Below are positions 25,044 through 39,357 of a stretch of DNA of 64,000 nucleotides, in pieces; the first letter of the stretch is position 1, and the number at the start of each line of letters is the position of its first letter. The position numbers and the translations under genes were made by a program. The notes beneath the pieces were generated by a model, which did not search any database, was not told the origin of the DNA, and saw nothing but the letters and a program-made list of their open reading frames with translations. The DNA comes from Octopus vulgaris (lineage: Eukaryota), in contig OX597834.1 in NCBI GenBank assembly GCA_951406725.2, positions 21,762,001 to 21,826,000 on the forward strand, written 5' to 3'.

Positions 25044-25850
25044 TAGTGACTGCCACACCTCTTTCATTAGTTACATTGTCAACACACAAAATGGCATGAT
25101 GGGAAGATAATAATAATTACAGTAGCAATGAAGAGGATGATGATCATGATGATGATGATGATGACTGATGATGATGATGACAATGGTGATGGTCGGAGGG
25201 GAAGCACTTGGTTTGGAGTATGACGATGATGATGATGATGATGATGATGGTCGGTGGGGAGGCGCTTGGTTTGGAGTATGATGATGATGATGATGGTGGT
25301 GATAGGAGTATTGTGGTGATTAGGGTTGATGATGGGTGATAATATCAATAGTGATAGCAGTTAGGAGGAGGAGGAGGAGGAGTGAATGGAGGGTGGGTTT
25401 TGTGTATGGTGGTAGTGGTGGTGGTTGAAGGCTTTGGTGTTGGGTATGATAATGATGGTGATGTTGTTGATGACCCTGATGACCACAACAATGATGACAA
25501 AATGACCAATAATGATGATGGCAATGGTTTCTTTCATCTTTGGTGGAAGGTAAAATATCTACTCATTGTAAGTAGTCATGGTGGTGGTGATGGCGGTGGT
25601 GGTGGTGGTGGTGATGGTGGTGGTGGTGGTGGTAGTAGTGGTGGTGGTGGTTATATGACTGATAGTAGTAGCAGAAACAGCAGCAGTTGTTGTTGTTGTA
25701 GTTGTTGTTGTTGTACCTGCATCCAAGCCAACAATTACGTGTCATCAGTTCCAACAGGGCAGGGCCAAGCCAGGCCAGTCGCATCATGCAAGCATCAAGA
25801 TGATTGGTTTGCTCAAGCGTCTGATTTAACACACAGCTGAATGAAAGACC

Positions 25851-25881
<31 letters not shown>

Positions 25882-25989
25882 GATGCATGTGAGAATGAGG
25901 ACATTCAAAGACTTACTTAAAGGAAATTTGAAGACAAAAAAATGGCTTTAATGCATACAAATGGATATCATTAACAAATAATTGACACA

Positions 25990-26160
25990 GGCGCAGGAGT
26001 GGCTGTGTGGTAAGTAGCTTGCTAACCAACCACATGGTTCTGGGTTCAGTGCGACTGTGTGGCATCTTGGGCAAGTGTCTTCTGCTATAGCCCCGGGCCG
26101 ACCAATGCCTTGTGAGTGGATTTGGTAGACGGAAACTGAAAGAAGCCTGTCGTATATATG

Positions 26161-26191
<31 letters not shown>

Positions 26192-26400
26192 ATGTGTGTG
26201 TGTTTGTCCCCCTAGCATTGCTTGACAACCGATGCTGGTGTGTTTACGTCCCCGTCACTTAGCGGTTCGGCAAAAGAGACCAATAGAATAAGTACTGGGC
26301 TTACAAAGAATAAGTCCCGGGGTCGATTTGATCGACTTAAAGGCAGGTGCTCCAGCATGGCCGCAGTCAAATGACTGAAACAAGTAAAAGAGTAAATGAG
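25990..26400 (+). mobile_element. tRNA-headed SINE family A, full length, young
   Basis: ggcgcaggagtggctgtgtggtaag A-box, gggttcagt B-box-like, cttgggcaagtgtctt, internal (AT)(GT) microsatellite, tail (aagagta)n; CpGs retained. Confidence 0.9.
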
Positions 26401-26477
26401 TTAAGAGAGACGTTTTGGAAATCAAATCGTTTCTGTTGATGGTGAACACTTCGTGACAACAAACCCGAAACAAGCCT

Positions 26478-27850
26478 TTTAACTCTTTCGCTATCATAAT
26501 TTTGTTGAAATTCCCTGTTTTTGTTTCATTTAATTTTGGAAATAGTGAAGAATTAAGTAAAATAGCTTTACCGTTATTAATCATTAAACATAACTTTTAA
26601 TGAAATAATCTAAGCACGAAAGGGTTAAAGTTATCTAAACTGGCCCTTATTTCAATTTAATTTGAAAATTATGAAGAATTTAGTAAAATGACTTTATCGT
26701 TAATAATCTGGTGTTTGGAACATAAATTAACCAGAAATTATGAATGAAGGTGTTAATTCAGATCCCTTTAATACTTTGGCATTTAAATCAGCCCTACCTG
26801 GTCAAATTATTCCAGGTGTTTTATGTTGAAATTGGTCAAATCTGGCCTCTCACTCCAACCCTACAATGTTATTCTAAAAATAAACAGTCACCTCTTCGAA
26901 ATCTCAAAGTTACAAGAAAATTTATGATTAATTAAAATCAAGATGAATTAGTAAACATTACTTTTAACGGAATAATCTAAGCACGAAAGGGTTTAAGTTA
27001 TCTAAATTGGCCCTTATTTCAATTTAATTTGAAAATTATGAAGGATTTAGTAAAATGACTTTATCGTTAATAATCTGGTGTCTGGAACATAAATGAACCT
27101 GTAATTAAGAATGAAGGTTTTTTTATTTTGATTACTTTAATACATGAAGTTGGTATCATAGAACCAGATGTAGTCTCAGGTAGATTGATATCCAAAGGGT
27201 TAACAAACTTCTAAATTGGCCAGCAGGAAACAAGGAAGTCTGGTACAAATGTCTGGCATTCTATGAAAGAGAGAAAAGGATCCTGTTAACTTCTGTTTAA
27301 TCCTTTAGTTACCATATTTGTGTTTCAATTTGGAAAATAATAAAGGACTTAGCAAAATAACTTTTTCATTATTAATCTGAGTTTGGAACATAAATCAACG
27401 TAAAATTTGGATAGAATCTTTTAATTTAGATTACTTTAACTTCTTATGTTACCATATTTTTGTTGAAATATTCTGACTTTGGTTCAATTAATTGTGTGAG
27501 TAACGGAGAATTCAATAAAATAGTCTTGGAGTATAAATTAATATGAAATTTTGATGGAAGCATTTAACCTACGGAGATGTACTTGCATAGCAAATGATTT
27601 GATCTGAGATCGTGTGCTGAAACGAAAACAATTGCAGCGTGGAAGGCGTTCGTAAGCCATTTAAGAAACACACAAAAGCCGTTCGACTCACTTCAACATT
27701 TAAGTTTAATTTGTCAAAATATTTTTGTCACTTTATGACCGCGACCTGTTCATTGACAAAAATCCATGCTGCATCTCTTAGATTACTTGAAAACATGAAA
27801 TTTGTATCCTAGAACTGAAGAGTTGTCCCAGGTGGGTTAGCATCAAAGGG
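26478..27850. mobile_element. Nest of TTAA-flanked MITEs (families M1 and M2) with a local ~370-bp-period duplication
   Basis: Several aagggttaa ends (26620, 26988, 27196); the block 'ataatctaagcacgaaaggg...gtaaaatgactttatcgttaataatctggtgt' is duplicated at ~26605-26730 and ~26972-27098. Confidence 0.75.
27570..27773 (-). mobile_element. ~200-bp hammerhead-bearing short element, copy 2 (decayed), nested in a MITE
   Basis: Homologous to 23872-24073; core reads ATGAACA and GAAA has become AAAA; the GAAA and stem II changes are CpG-type. Confidence 0.85.
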
Positions 27851-28006
27851 GTCGATGATAAACTGTAAATATAACAATCAGAATAAAGGTGTCTTCTCAC
27901 TCCCCATCCCAATCAACGAAACAACAAATGAAGTTCTATCTGTGATTGAACATGTGGACATTTCAATGGTCGTGAAATAATCACATGTGGAGCAACATGT
28001 GGAATT

Positions 28007-28238
28007 TTAACTCTTTGGTGTTCAAATTACTCTGTCAAATATAAAGCTTATTTATTTGTATTGTTTTGAATTAGTCATGTATGGTCCCATAGCTTTGAGA
28101 TTTTGATGGTGTCATTGTCTATTCTTAGGATGACATGACATTGTAGGGTAGGTGTGAAAGGCTAGACCTGGCTAATTTGAACTTAAAACAGGAGGCAAAT
28201 TTGGGCCAGATGAGGTCTGATTAAATGCTAAACGATTA
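28007..28238. mobile_element. TTAA-flanked MITE family M2
   Basis: ttaactctttggtgttca ... taaatgctaaacgattaa imperfect terminal inverted repeats; reverse-oriented homolog at ~26770-26996. Confidence 0.7.
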
Positions 28239-29718
28239 AATATTTTGGGCAAGCATCTTGGAGCCTGAAAGATTGTCACGGTTGAATAGTAGCAGCAACA
28301 GTAGCAGCAGTGAAGGAGCAGCAGCAGTAGTAACAGTAGTAGTAGAGGTAGTGGTGGTGGTGGTGGCAGCGGCGGTGGCGGTGTTGGTAGTGGTGGTGGT
28401 GGTGGTGCTGCTGCTGCTAGTTGTAGTGTTTGTGATAGTAGTATGGGGAATACTTGCATTGAAAATAGTGGTGGAGATAGTAGTGGGGGTAACAGCAGAA
28501 ATGGATGCAGCAGCAGCAGTAGTAGTAGTAGTAGTAGTAATAGTAGTAGTAGTAGTAGTAGAACTATGTGAACCCATAGAAACATTTATGCAAGCTGGCT
28601 TCCCCATTGCCACTTTTCCACAGGAGAAGCAACATGCTGCTTACTCACTGCCCACCACTTCCTTCCCACCCCCTCCCACCACCACCACTCACCACCACCA
28701 CCCACACCTACACCCATCTTTCTTGATATAAACTCCCTTTTAAATGCCTTTCTCCCCTCCCCAAATCCCTCTTTTCTTTTCTGTTCTACCAGTTTTTTCC
28801 TTTTGTCTCGTCTCCCATTAATGTCTCCTCCGACCATCCTTGACTTGTCTCCCCTTGCCTAACGCCCGCCTCCCTCCAACTCTCTCTTCTCTCCTCACCT
28901 CATCATATCCCCATCTTCTTACTCTCCTCTCTGCATTCTTTCTTCTCCTTTAAACACCCTATTTTCTTCTTTTTGTTTTTGCTGTTTTCTTAGTCCCCGG
29001 CCCTTCCTTCCATTCCTTTCCTAGTCACCTGCTCCTTATTTACGATATTTTCTTGTGAGGTAGGGGTCGGCGTGAGGGTAGAATTGGTGATGGCAACATG
29101 GTGATGTAGTGGAATATTTCTTTTTTATTAATATGCTCATATTGTTATTTATGGTTGCCAAACAATTTCTTTCCTCTTCTATATTTTTTTATAGATTTCT
29201 GCATATATATATATATGCATGTATGTGTAAGTATGTATATATATACACAGACACACATAGACATGGTTATATGCATGTGTGTGTGTCTGTATAACATGTT
29301 CCATCCCATCTCCACACCTCACTTTTATCCACCATTAGCTTATCTGATACCATATGTGCATGAGAATATGTGTTTGTATATATATGAGTGTGTGTATATA
29401 TATATATATATATACACATGTATGTATGCACTTGTAAATATGCATGCATGTATATTTATACATATATGTGTGTGTGTATGTGTGTGTGTGTGAGTGTGTG
29501 CTTATGCATGGATATGTATGTGTAGGTTGGTCTGCTTGTTTGTATGTGTGTAAGAAACTTGTGTATACTTTCTGTTTTACTTTTCAATCCAACTATGGCC
29601 CTCCCGCATCAACATCCCTTTAATTTCAATAGATTCCATTCTAGATTATTCGCAACATTTTTTTCTTTCAAATTATATATACACATAAGCATATATAATA
29701 TATATATATATACATATA

Positions 29719-29784
<66 letters not shown>

Positions 29785-29796
29785 TATTTATATTCA

Positions 29797-29837
<41 letters not shown>

Positions 29838-30343
29838 ACACATGTTGAAATTGATATATGCAATCATATACATACATTTATATTATGTATATATATATGA
29901 TTCTGTGTGTGTGTGTGTGTGTGTGTGGTGTATCCAATTATCATTTACTCTGTCACATTTATTTCCCCTCCCCACCCACTGATCCTTTCCTTTGTCCCTC
30001 ACGTATTCAGCTTTTCTCACACCTCATCATTCTAATACATGCATACACATACACAGACATGCACACATAGACATACATACTGTGCACGCATTGCACATTC
30101 CACACACACACTCACACACGCGTTCAACCCCACATGTACACACGTGTGTGCGTATGTGTGAGTGTGTGTGCATATAAATTATATACGAATCATAATTACA
30201 GTATATAGATATATGCTACCATCTGTCTCCCACCCTCCCTTTATATCAGTGTAGCTCTGTGTGTGTGTATATATATATATATATATACACACAAACATGA
30301 AGTTAGACAGAGACACATCATTTACATATCTATAATTTATATA

Positions 30344-30431
<88 letters not shown>

Positions 30432-31094
30432 TATAGATAGATAGATATAGATATACATATATACATATATAAACATATATATACATATATATACATATAT
30501 ACCTATGTATGTATAGACATATATATATGATACAAAATAGATATAACATAATGTAATATATATATTTATATATCATAATAGAATGTGATATATATAAATA
30601 TATATGCAATATAATATACAATATATATACACGTGCATGTGTGCACACACACACACACATACACACATGAGTGCATGTGCACTCTTCATAATCCCTTTCC
30701 GATACGTACGGCACGTGTCTGCGTGTATGTGAGACAAGTGGCTGCAGGTGGTGCCAATGTTTAAGCATTGGCTGGGTCTCTGTGTGTGTGTGTTTGTGTG
30801 TGTGTGTGTCTGTGTGTGCGTGCATGTGTGTGTGTATGTGGTGTCCTCTCACCTTACCATTTCTGTGACAAAGAACGATAAACAGGGTTGGAGAAGAAAT
30901 GAGTCATCCACTGCCAATTCCTGTTTCGCAAATGTCTTGCAGCCTGCAAGAGAAGCATTTCGATGCAGTCACATACACCTTCATACAACCGTTCACACTG
31001 CTTTGAATGTATACGCATATATATACGCACACATTTACACACACCTGAAATTTAGATTTGTTTACACATAAAACTTAAATGTCCTTCTTCTATC

Positions 31095-31223
31095 CGTCTA
31101 CCTGTCTACCTATCTATCTATCTATCTATCTATCTATCCATCTACCTGTCTACCTATCTATCTATCTATCTATCTATCTATCCATCTACCTATCTATCTA
31201 TCTATCTTTCTATCTATCTATCC

Positions 31224-31264
<41 letters not shown>

Positions 31265-31278
31265 CTTTCTATCTATCT

Positions 31279-31365
<87 letters not shown>
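31095..31365. repeat. (TATC)n followed by (AT)n microsatellite
   Basis: Direct reading; other GATA/GGTA tracts at 33840-33960, 50210-50490 and 61960-62300. Confidence 0.95.
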
Positions 31366-31369
<4 letters not shown>

Positions 31370-31997
31370 GTATGTATGTGTGTGTGTATGTATGTATGTA
31401 TATATATGAATATATGTCCATGGGTCTATCTCTCTCTCTCTCTCTCACACACACACATACGCACATACATATACATGTATGCTTTCAAATATAAAAACAC
31501 ATTTGTGTGTGTGTGTACTCAGACAGACAGACACATAGATAAATTGAGAAGTAGACAGACACAGATAGATCGATAAAGAGATAGAAACATAGATGGAGGG
31601 ATGGATGGGGTTTTGGGTGGGTGGATGGATGGGTGGATAGATAGATAGATAGATACACAGACAGACAGACAGACAGATGTGAAAGACCTGTCTCTTTCTA
31701 GCTTAACAACATAACTGAACAAATATAACAATCTTAGGAGAAAACCTGTACATGGTCCTTTATTCTGTTAGAAATAGCAACCAAATCTGTCTTAATTTAC
31801 ACCCCATTTTAAAGGATTGATTAGATAATGGAATATTAGACATAATATGTTTAGGGAAAATATTTTTGAAAATGTAAAAGAAACAACATGATCATTTCTG
31901 TATTGCTTCTGTTATATATCTGCTGGATCAGGGCTGCCTGGGGCTAAACAACAACAAGAAGGAAATGAGTAAATTTATCGATCACTGCTCATATATT

Positions 31998-32034
<37 letters not shown>

Positions 32035-32159
32035 GCTACCACCACCACCACTACTACTACTTCTACCCCACTGTTAGCACATGTATATATATACACACAA
32101 ATGTGTATAGATATGTTACATATATATACTGATGCATAGAAACACACATGCAGACGTAT

Positions 32160-32418
32160 AGGCGCTGGCATGCCTGTGTGGTGAGAAGCTTGCTTTCCAA
32201 CCATGTGGTTCTGGGTTCAGTCCCACTACGTGGTACCTTGGGCAAGTGTCTTCTACTATAGCCTCAGGGCCAACCAAAGGCTTGTGAGTGGATTTGGTAG
32301 ACGGAAACTGAAAGAAGCCCATCGCATATGTGCGTGTGTGTGTGTTTCTTTGACTAAAAAAAGGTGGTGCTCCAACATGGCCGCAGTCAACTGACTGAAA
32401 CAAATAAAAAATAAAAGA
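32160..32418 (+). mobile_element. SINE family A, internally deleted
   Basis: 5' half matches 25990-26150 and is joined directly to the ggtgctccaacatggccgcagtcaa 3' end. Confidence 0.85.
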
Positions 32419-32545
32419 ACACACATGGACATTTGAACATGCACAATTATATATATACATATATATAATTGTATATATATATATAATATATATATATAAC
32501 ACATATATATGTATATATATATATATATGTATGTATACATATATA

Positions 32546-32584
<39 letters not shown>

Positions 32585-32638
32585 CATATATATATGTATA
32601 TATGTATATATAAGTATGTATATACATACATATATATG

Positions 32639-32694
<56 letters not shown>

Positions 32695-33204
32695 TATACA
32701 TGCACACCTATTCATGTATATAAATTTACACTCATTCATTATCACTTGTTTATACACACATACACACACACACATACTGCATACTTGCACACACACAAAC
32801 CTGTGTATGTGCCGCATTTTCATGCAGATATTTAGACGGTAACATGCATTCGTGCATTTGTCAACACGTGTGCACTGACCCCAAAAAAAGTATTGTATGC
32901 ACACACACATGCATCTCAGTCATCATCACAATCATCTTCATCATCATCATCGTCCTCATCAGCATCACCATCAACATCATAACCATTATTCAGTATCACT
33001 ATTGTCATTGTTGTCCTCATCATCATCATCATTATCACCACCATCATCATCATCATACCCATTATCACCATCATCATCATCGCCATCATCGTCATCGCCA
33101 TCATCGTCATAGTTTCACATCAGGTGTTCAATGCTGACATGAGTGAAACAATTATCTTCTGGCAGCATTTTATGGCTTGATGCCCTTCATGAAGCCTAAC
33201 CATG

Positions 33205-33548
33205 TTCGTTACCCTTTTCTGCAATCGTGTAGGGTCCTGATGGCTCTCCAACAGTTATGATGACAAAGGTCCCAGTTGATCCAATCAACTGAACAGCCTG
33301 CACATGAAATTAACATCCAAGTGGCTGAGTATTCCACTGGCACATGTATGCTTAACGTAGTCAGCAAGACGCAAAATGCGTTTAGTTTGGCCCCTTTTGT
33401 ATTACATGTGCAATTAATTTTTGCCAGCTGAATGGACTGGGAAAAAACATGAAATAAAGTGTCTTGCTCAAGCTTTCAATGCAGCAGCAGGAATTGAAGT
33501 CATGTCCTTACAATTGCGAGCCAAATACTGTTGCTATTGAGCCATGTG
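33205..33548 (-). mobile_element. Old CORE-like SINE (family C-related)
   Basis: cagctgaatggactgg...tgaaataaagtgtcttgctcaag is the reverse CORE-like segment; head ends tgagccatg. Confidence 0.7.
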
Positions 33549-33877
33549 TATGTATGTACACTCACACACATATACACTGACATATGCATGTGTGTGTTTG
33601 TGTGAGCATATGTAATGGAGCAGGTACTTGTGTATAAGTGTATATACATATATATCTGTATGTATCTTTGTATGTATGTATGTATGTGTGTTTATATAAG
33701 TGCATGTACTCATATATACATATATATATATATATGCATACATGCTCAGTTACATAAATACATTGCATACATTCATGCATACATGCATGTTTTACACCTA
33801 TGTGTAAGTGTATATGTACGTATGTATGTATAGCTGGATTAGTAGATAGATAGATAGATAGATAGATAGGTAGATAG

Positions 33878-33908
<31 letters not shown>

Positions 33909-34382
33909 GATAGATAGAGGTAGGTAGGTAGGTAGGTAGGTAGGTAGGTAGGTAGGTAGAGACAGATGTGTTTCTGCCTATGGACATGAATGTACATGTG
34001 CACTTATTTGCATGTGCATGCACATGCTCTTCTACAATTAAGCACCACATACACACACATTTACACACACGCACAAGAACACACACGCACACACGTATCA
34101 GTTTCCAAAGGCAAACAGTGTAATTAAGTACGAAAGCTCCATCTTAAAAACCGCTCGCTGCACATAAACGCCAGTGAATGCATCGTGCAGCAGTCACTAA
34201 TTCCTTCCATTTGTTGATGCCACACCATTGTGAAGAAGCAACCTGTGCCAGTTCTACAGTCTGACAGCAATGCAACAACATTTGAAGAATTGTTGTTCTT
34301 GTTGTTGTGGTGGTGGTGGTAGTGGTGATAGTGGTGGTGGTGGCAATGGCAGCAATACTAACGGCGGCAGCAGCAGCAGCAA

Positions 34383-34413
<31 letters not shown>

Positions 34414-34698
34414 TGCGGTGGCCATGGTGGGAATGGTGGTGGTTGAGGTTTAAGTGTTGTGCTTTCTTCTTAGCAGCTCTGATGTACGTGTATGTTTGTG
34501 TGCGTATGTGTATATGTATATATGTGTGTGCATGTGTATGAATTATGCATGTATGCAAGTGTGCGTGTGTGTATGTATGTGTTTTGAATATATGCTTCTA
34601 TGGATACTTATGTATATATGTATGTATATGAATGTATATGTGTGTCTAGAAGTATGCGTATGTGTATATGTATGTGTATGCATGCATATATTTATGTG

Positions 34699-34742
<44 letters not shown>

Positions 34743-34974
34743 TATGTTATGCTTGTATGCATGCATATCTTTGTGTTAACATATATGTGTGTGTGTGTGT
34801 ATATATGTATGTATGATATGTATGTACGCTTGTGTGTGTTTGTGTATGTGCATGTGCACACGCTATTCAAAAAATCCCCAAGACACAAACACGGAAGTCT
34901 CAATGTTCCGATATTTTCATATTTAATGGACAGGATAAACATTAAAGAACGGTGCCATAGCAGTCACTTAGGCA

Positions 34975-35980
34975 TTAACCATCTTGATACCAACCCATCT
35001 GAGACTGCTGCAGGCTCTATCATGAAAAATTCCTATTTACAGACTGATCTAAATGGAAACCTTCCATCAGAATTTTGAGTTAATTTATATTCCAAACACT
35101 AAATTAATGATGATTAATTAAGTTATTTTACCAAATTTTTCATTATTTTTTGAAATCAATTGAAACAAAGCATTTTTCGACAGAAATTCTGTAGCTAAAG
35201 AGTTAAGTAGGAGTCGTTAAATGGATTTTTCTCTGCTTTCTTACAGAATGGCAAACATTTGAACCAGACCTTTTGGTTCCCTGCCTGCCAAGTTACAAGC
35301 TTCTGAACCCTTTTGATGCCAATCTACCTGAGACCATCTCCATATACAAATTAGGCATTTTAAAGTGATCTCATTTAAAAACATTCAAACAAAATTCCAT
35401 GTTAATTTATATTCCAAATCCCAGGTTAATAACGATAAAGTTGCTTTTTTTTCCTAAATTCTTCATTATCTTCAAAATTATTTGAAACAAAGGCAATATT
35501 TTTCAACAGAAATTTGGTAACAAAAGGGTTAAAGTGAGCTAAATTAAAAATCTTCCATCAAAATTTCATGTTAATTTTTATTCCAAACATCAGCTTAATA
35601 ATGACAGCTTTTTCTTTATTCTTCATTGCATTCAAAATGAGGTGACATAAAGGCATTGTATTTCAACGGAAATATGGTAACAAAAGGTTAAATGAGAGTT
35701 GTTAAATGGACTCTTCTCCATCATCTTAAGAATGGCAAACATTTCAACCAGATCTTCTGGTTCCCTGTCTTCCAGCTCACAGGTATTTTAGCCCTTTTAA
35801 TGCCAACCTCTCTGAGACTGCTCCTTGGTTCTGTGATCCAAACTTCATGTTTTAAAGTGATCCAAATTTAAAATATTCCATCAAAATTCCATGTTAATTT
35901 ATGTACCAAACACCAGATTAATAACAACAAAGTTATTTTACTGAATTCTATGTTATTCTCAAAATTAATTGAAACAAAGT
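34975..35980. mobile_element. Tandem array of M1 MITE units with a conserved ~95-bp spacer
   Basis: Units at 34975-35206, 35304-35532, 35533-35691 (partial) and 35787-35980; TIR-like aacccttttgat.cc / ggtaacaaaagggttaa; the spacer containing agaatggcaaacattt.aaccaga occurs twice. Confidence 0.8.
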
Positions 35981-36419
35981 GTTAAAGAATAGAACCATAG
36001 CAGAACTTTAAACATTAAGGAATGGTGACATGGCAGTCCATTTAGCGGAGAATAAATAGCAGCTGGATTCTCTCGCTATCTCCAACTGTTGCACATCTTA
36101 TATATTCTATTGGATTATGAGACATTTCTGTCCACCTGTGATGAAACAGGTCCCTAAAACAATTAACGAAAGTATTGTACCTGCTACTAAAGCGCACACC
36201 ATTGTGTGCATTGGCTGTCGTATATATATAGTTGCCATGATTAATCGCTAAATTCACAAGTTTTTTATTCTCTCTCTATTTCTTCGTGTTCCTTTCTGTT
36301 GAAGAGCATAGCCTCAAAACAAAAAAGACTTTCTCACCTTCCCAAGTGTCAAACTAGTACACCTGCTTGTTTATACACCTGTCTTTGTCATTCATTTTTC
36401 TGTAAATTTCAACTATATG

Positions 36420-36652
36420 TGTGTGTGTGTGTGTGTGTAAGTATTTGTGTGTCTGTGTTTGTACTCCCACCATCACTTGACAACCGATGTTGGTGTGTTT
36501 ACATCCCCGTAATGTAGCAGTTCAGTGAAAGAAACTGATAGAGTAAGCACTAGGCTTACAAAGAATATGTCCTGGGGTCAGTTTGTTCGACTAAAGGCAG
36601 TGCTCCAGCATGGCTGCTGTCAATTGACTGAAACAAGTAAAAGAATAAAAGA
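36420..36652 (+). mobile_element. SINE family A, 3' half
   Basis: cttgacaaccgatgttggtgtgtttacatcccc...gtgctccagcatggctg...aaacaagtaaaagaataaaaga. Confidence 0.85.
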
Positions 36653-36654
36653 AT

Positions 36655-36777
36655 TCCTGATATTTTATTATAAAAATATCATAGAATTTTTTTGAACTTC
36701 AAAAGGCAACGAGGGTTCGTTAGGGCAAAATTGAAGCCATGATGATCCCTAGGCTAAAAAATGGTTGAGAACCACTG
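36655..36777. mobile_element. hAT/Charlie-type DNA transposon end fragment
   Basis: ggttgagaaccactg (36763-36777) is the reverse of the CAGTGGTTCTCAACC terminus typical of Charlie/MER5-like elements; the partner TIR was not found. Confidence 0.5.
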
Positions 36778-37189
36778 GCAGTAAAGAATTAGTCTATCAG
36801 CAACTGTCTGGTATTTTCGGTGCTTTTAGAAGAGACCATTCTGTGACAAGAATTTGGGCCAAGTTTTGAGTCAATAAAGGTTAACCCTCCACCCATTCTC
36901 CAGTCCTTCTCTCCCCTGCCAGTCTTGAAGACATTGACAAAGGTCATCGGTAATGTCCTCTCTTTCTCTGATTAAACGAGAAAATAAATGAAAAAAGAAC
37001 AACCAACAAACCATACTACACACATGTGCATACGTACACACATGCATACTAGCACACAATGCCTAATTAGCTAATTAAGATAAATTAATAGAAACGAGAT
37101 GGGAGTGTGTGCTTCAGTTGTCCAGAAAATTAAATTTTACAAATATTTTGATTCTGACTGTGGAGGTTGGTACCACATTGTTGGTATTT

Positions 37190-37480
37190 TGGTGATGGTG
37201 ATAGTGGTGGTGATGGTGATAGTGGTGGTAGTGGTGGTGGTGGTGGTGGTGGTGGTGGTGGTGGTGGTGGTGGTGGTGGTGGTGGTGGTGGTGGTGGTGG
37301 TGATAGTGATGGTGATAGTGGTGGGTGGTAGTGGTGGTGGTGGTGGTGGTGGCGGTGGCGGTGGTGGTGGTGATAGTGATAGTGGAAGTGAGGGAGATGA
37401 CGGTGGCAGTGGTGATTGTAACGGTGGTGGTGGTGGTGGCAGGGAAGATAGTGGTGGTGAGGGTGGTGGCAGCAGAGACA
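37190..37480. repeat. (GGT)n microsatellite
   Basis: Direct reading. Confidence 0.95.
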
Positions 37481-38241
37481 GCAGTAGTTGTGATGGTATT
37501 GGCGGTTGTGATTGAGGTGATGGTTCAGTGGTTGGTTTTGTTTTTTTTTTGTTTCGTTTTGTTTCGAGATCATACCAGGGCAGTCGTGATGTTTGAGGTT
37601 TGCAGTCAGTAATGATGGCATTTAGTAGTGGTGGTGGTGGTGGTGGTGGTTGTAGTGGTGATGGTGGAGGCGGCGGTGGTGGTAGAGGTGGTGGTGGTTG
37701 TGGTCATTATTCTGTGTAGTTGTAGTAGTTGTGTTTGAAGTTGTAGAGTTGATGGTAGCGGTTGAGTTGGTAGTGGTGTTGGTTGTCATTGTCGTGATTG
37801 TAGTAGTTGTAGCGGTGAGGAGGTCATGCTAGTGGTGGTGGTGGTCGTCATCGCCGTCATAGTCGCAGTGTTGTGCGCTAATACCTGAACATTTAAATTG
37901 CTTTAGTTAACAAAACTGAAGCCGTTCAGTTGACAATTGACAATCAATATTGGCCAAAACATTGGTGTCGTCTCTCTTTTCATCTTTCTTTTGATCTCTG
38001 ATAAAACACCATCGCATACACACACACACACGCACACACACATGTGCACTTTTATACACTGTTTCTGACGAACATATATACACACAGTCAAACATATAAA
38101 ATTATATATACACATGGTCACACACACACACATACACAGACATACACACACACTGAATCTAAGGACACATCTATACGTAAAAATCTCTCATAAGCTCATA
38201 TATTTCATATATAGTCTCATATGCACTTTGATACACAGTTT

Positions 38242-38277
<36 letters not shown>

Positions 38278-38771
38278 GAAAGTCTCACACATGCACACTT
38301 GCACAAACATCCTATATAGAAAATCTCTCAAATGCACACACACGTTCACATATGTGTGTGTGTGTGTGTGTGCATGTATATGTATATATACATATATATA
38401 TATATGAACATGCACATTTATATAAATACAAACATATACACACACACTCACAAACACTCAGACACACACACATTTACAGGTATATAAAGTCCAAGAATGG
38501 AGATAATAGTGCTTCATTTATTCCTTTATTACAATTGTTTCAATACTAGATAGTTCAAACACACCAAGAATATGAGCGCATGTGTGTGCGAGTGTGTATA
38601 CATACATATATATATATATATATATAAAATGTGACCGTGTGTGTACCGTTGGCGATTTTTTTCCCTCCGTCTTCCCTTCCTTCCTGAGTGTCCAATAATA
38701 CTATATTTGTTCCACGTCCTCACGTTGTTGTGTTTTCTCTTTGTGTTTTCATGTTTGGATTAACTTTATAT

Positions 38772-38802
<31 letters not shown>

Positions 38803-38806
<4 letters not shown>

Positions 38807-38968
38807 ACAGTCTTCATTAAGTTTCCATCTACCAAATCTACTCACAAGTCTTTGATCAGCCCGAGGCTATAGTAGAAGACACTTGGTCAAAGTGCCATGC
38901 AGTGGGACTGACTCCGGAACCATTCGGTTTCTAAGCAAGCTACTTACCACACAGCCACTCCTGCACCT
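38803..38968 (-). mobile_element. SINE family A, 5' half
   Basis: Ends cttaccacacagccactcctgcacct, the reverse of the family 5' terminus. Confidence 0.88.
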
Positions 38969-38992
38969 ATATATATATATATTTATATTTAC

Positions 38993-39047
<55 letters not shown>

Positions 39048-39067
39048 CATGCATATATATATATATA

Positions 39068-39122
<55 letters not shown>

Positions 39123-39123
39123 G

Positions 39124-39161
<38 letters not shown>

Positions 39162-39204
39162 GCTTATATTTATATATATATATATACACACACATACACA
39201 TATA

Positions 39205-39262
<58 letters not shown>

Positions 39263-39281
39263 CATGGCTATAATCTCCTCC

Positions 39282-39357
39282 CTGATGAGACTGATGCCTT
39301 TATCCACATTATTCTTCCCCTTGGATTTATTTTAATGCATCAATCAAAACATATGTC
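39282..39357 (+). ncRNA. Decayed hammerhead-like motif with a long stem II
   Basis: CTGATGA (39282-39288); stem II gactgatgc/gcatcaatc; AAAA in place of GAAA; C-ATAT-GTC (palindrome ACATATGT, GUC triplet). Stem I is not recognisable. Confidence 0.5.
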
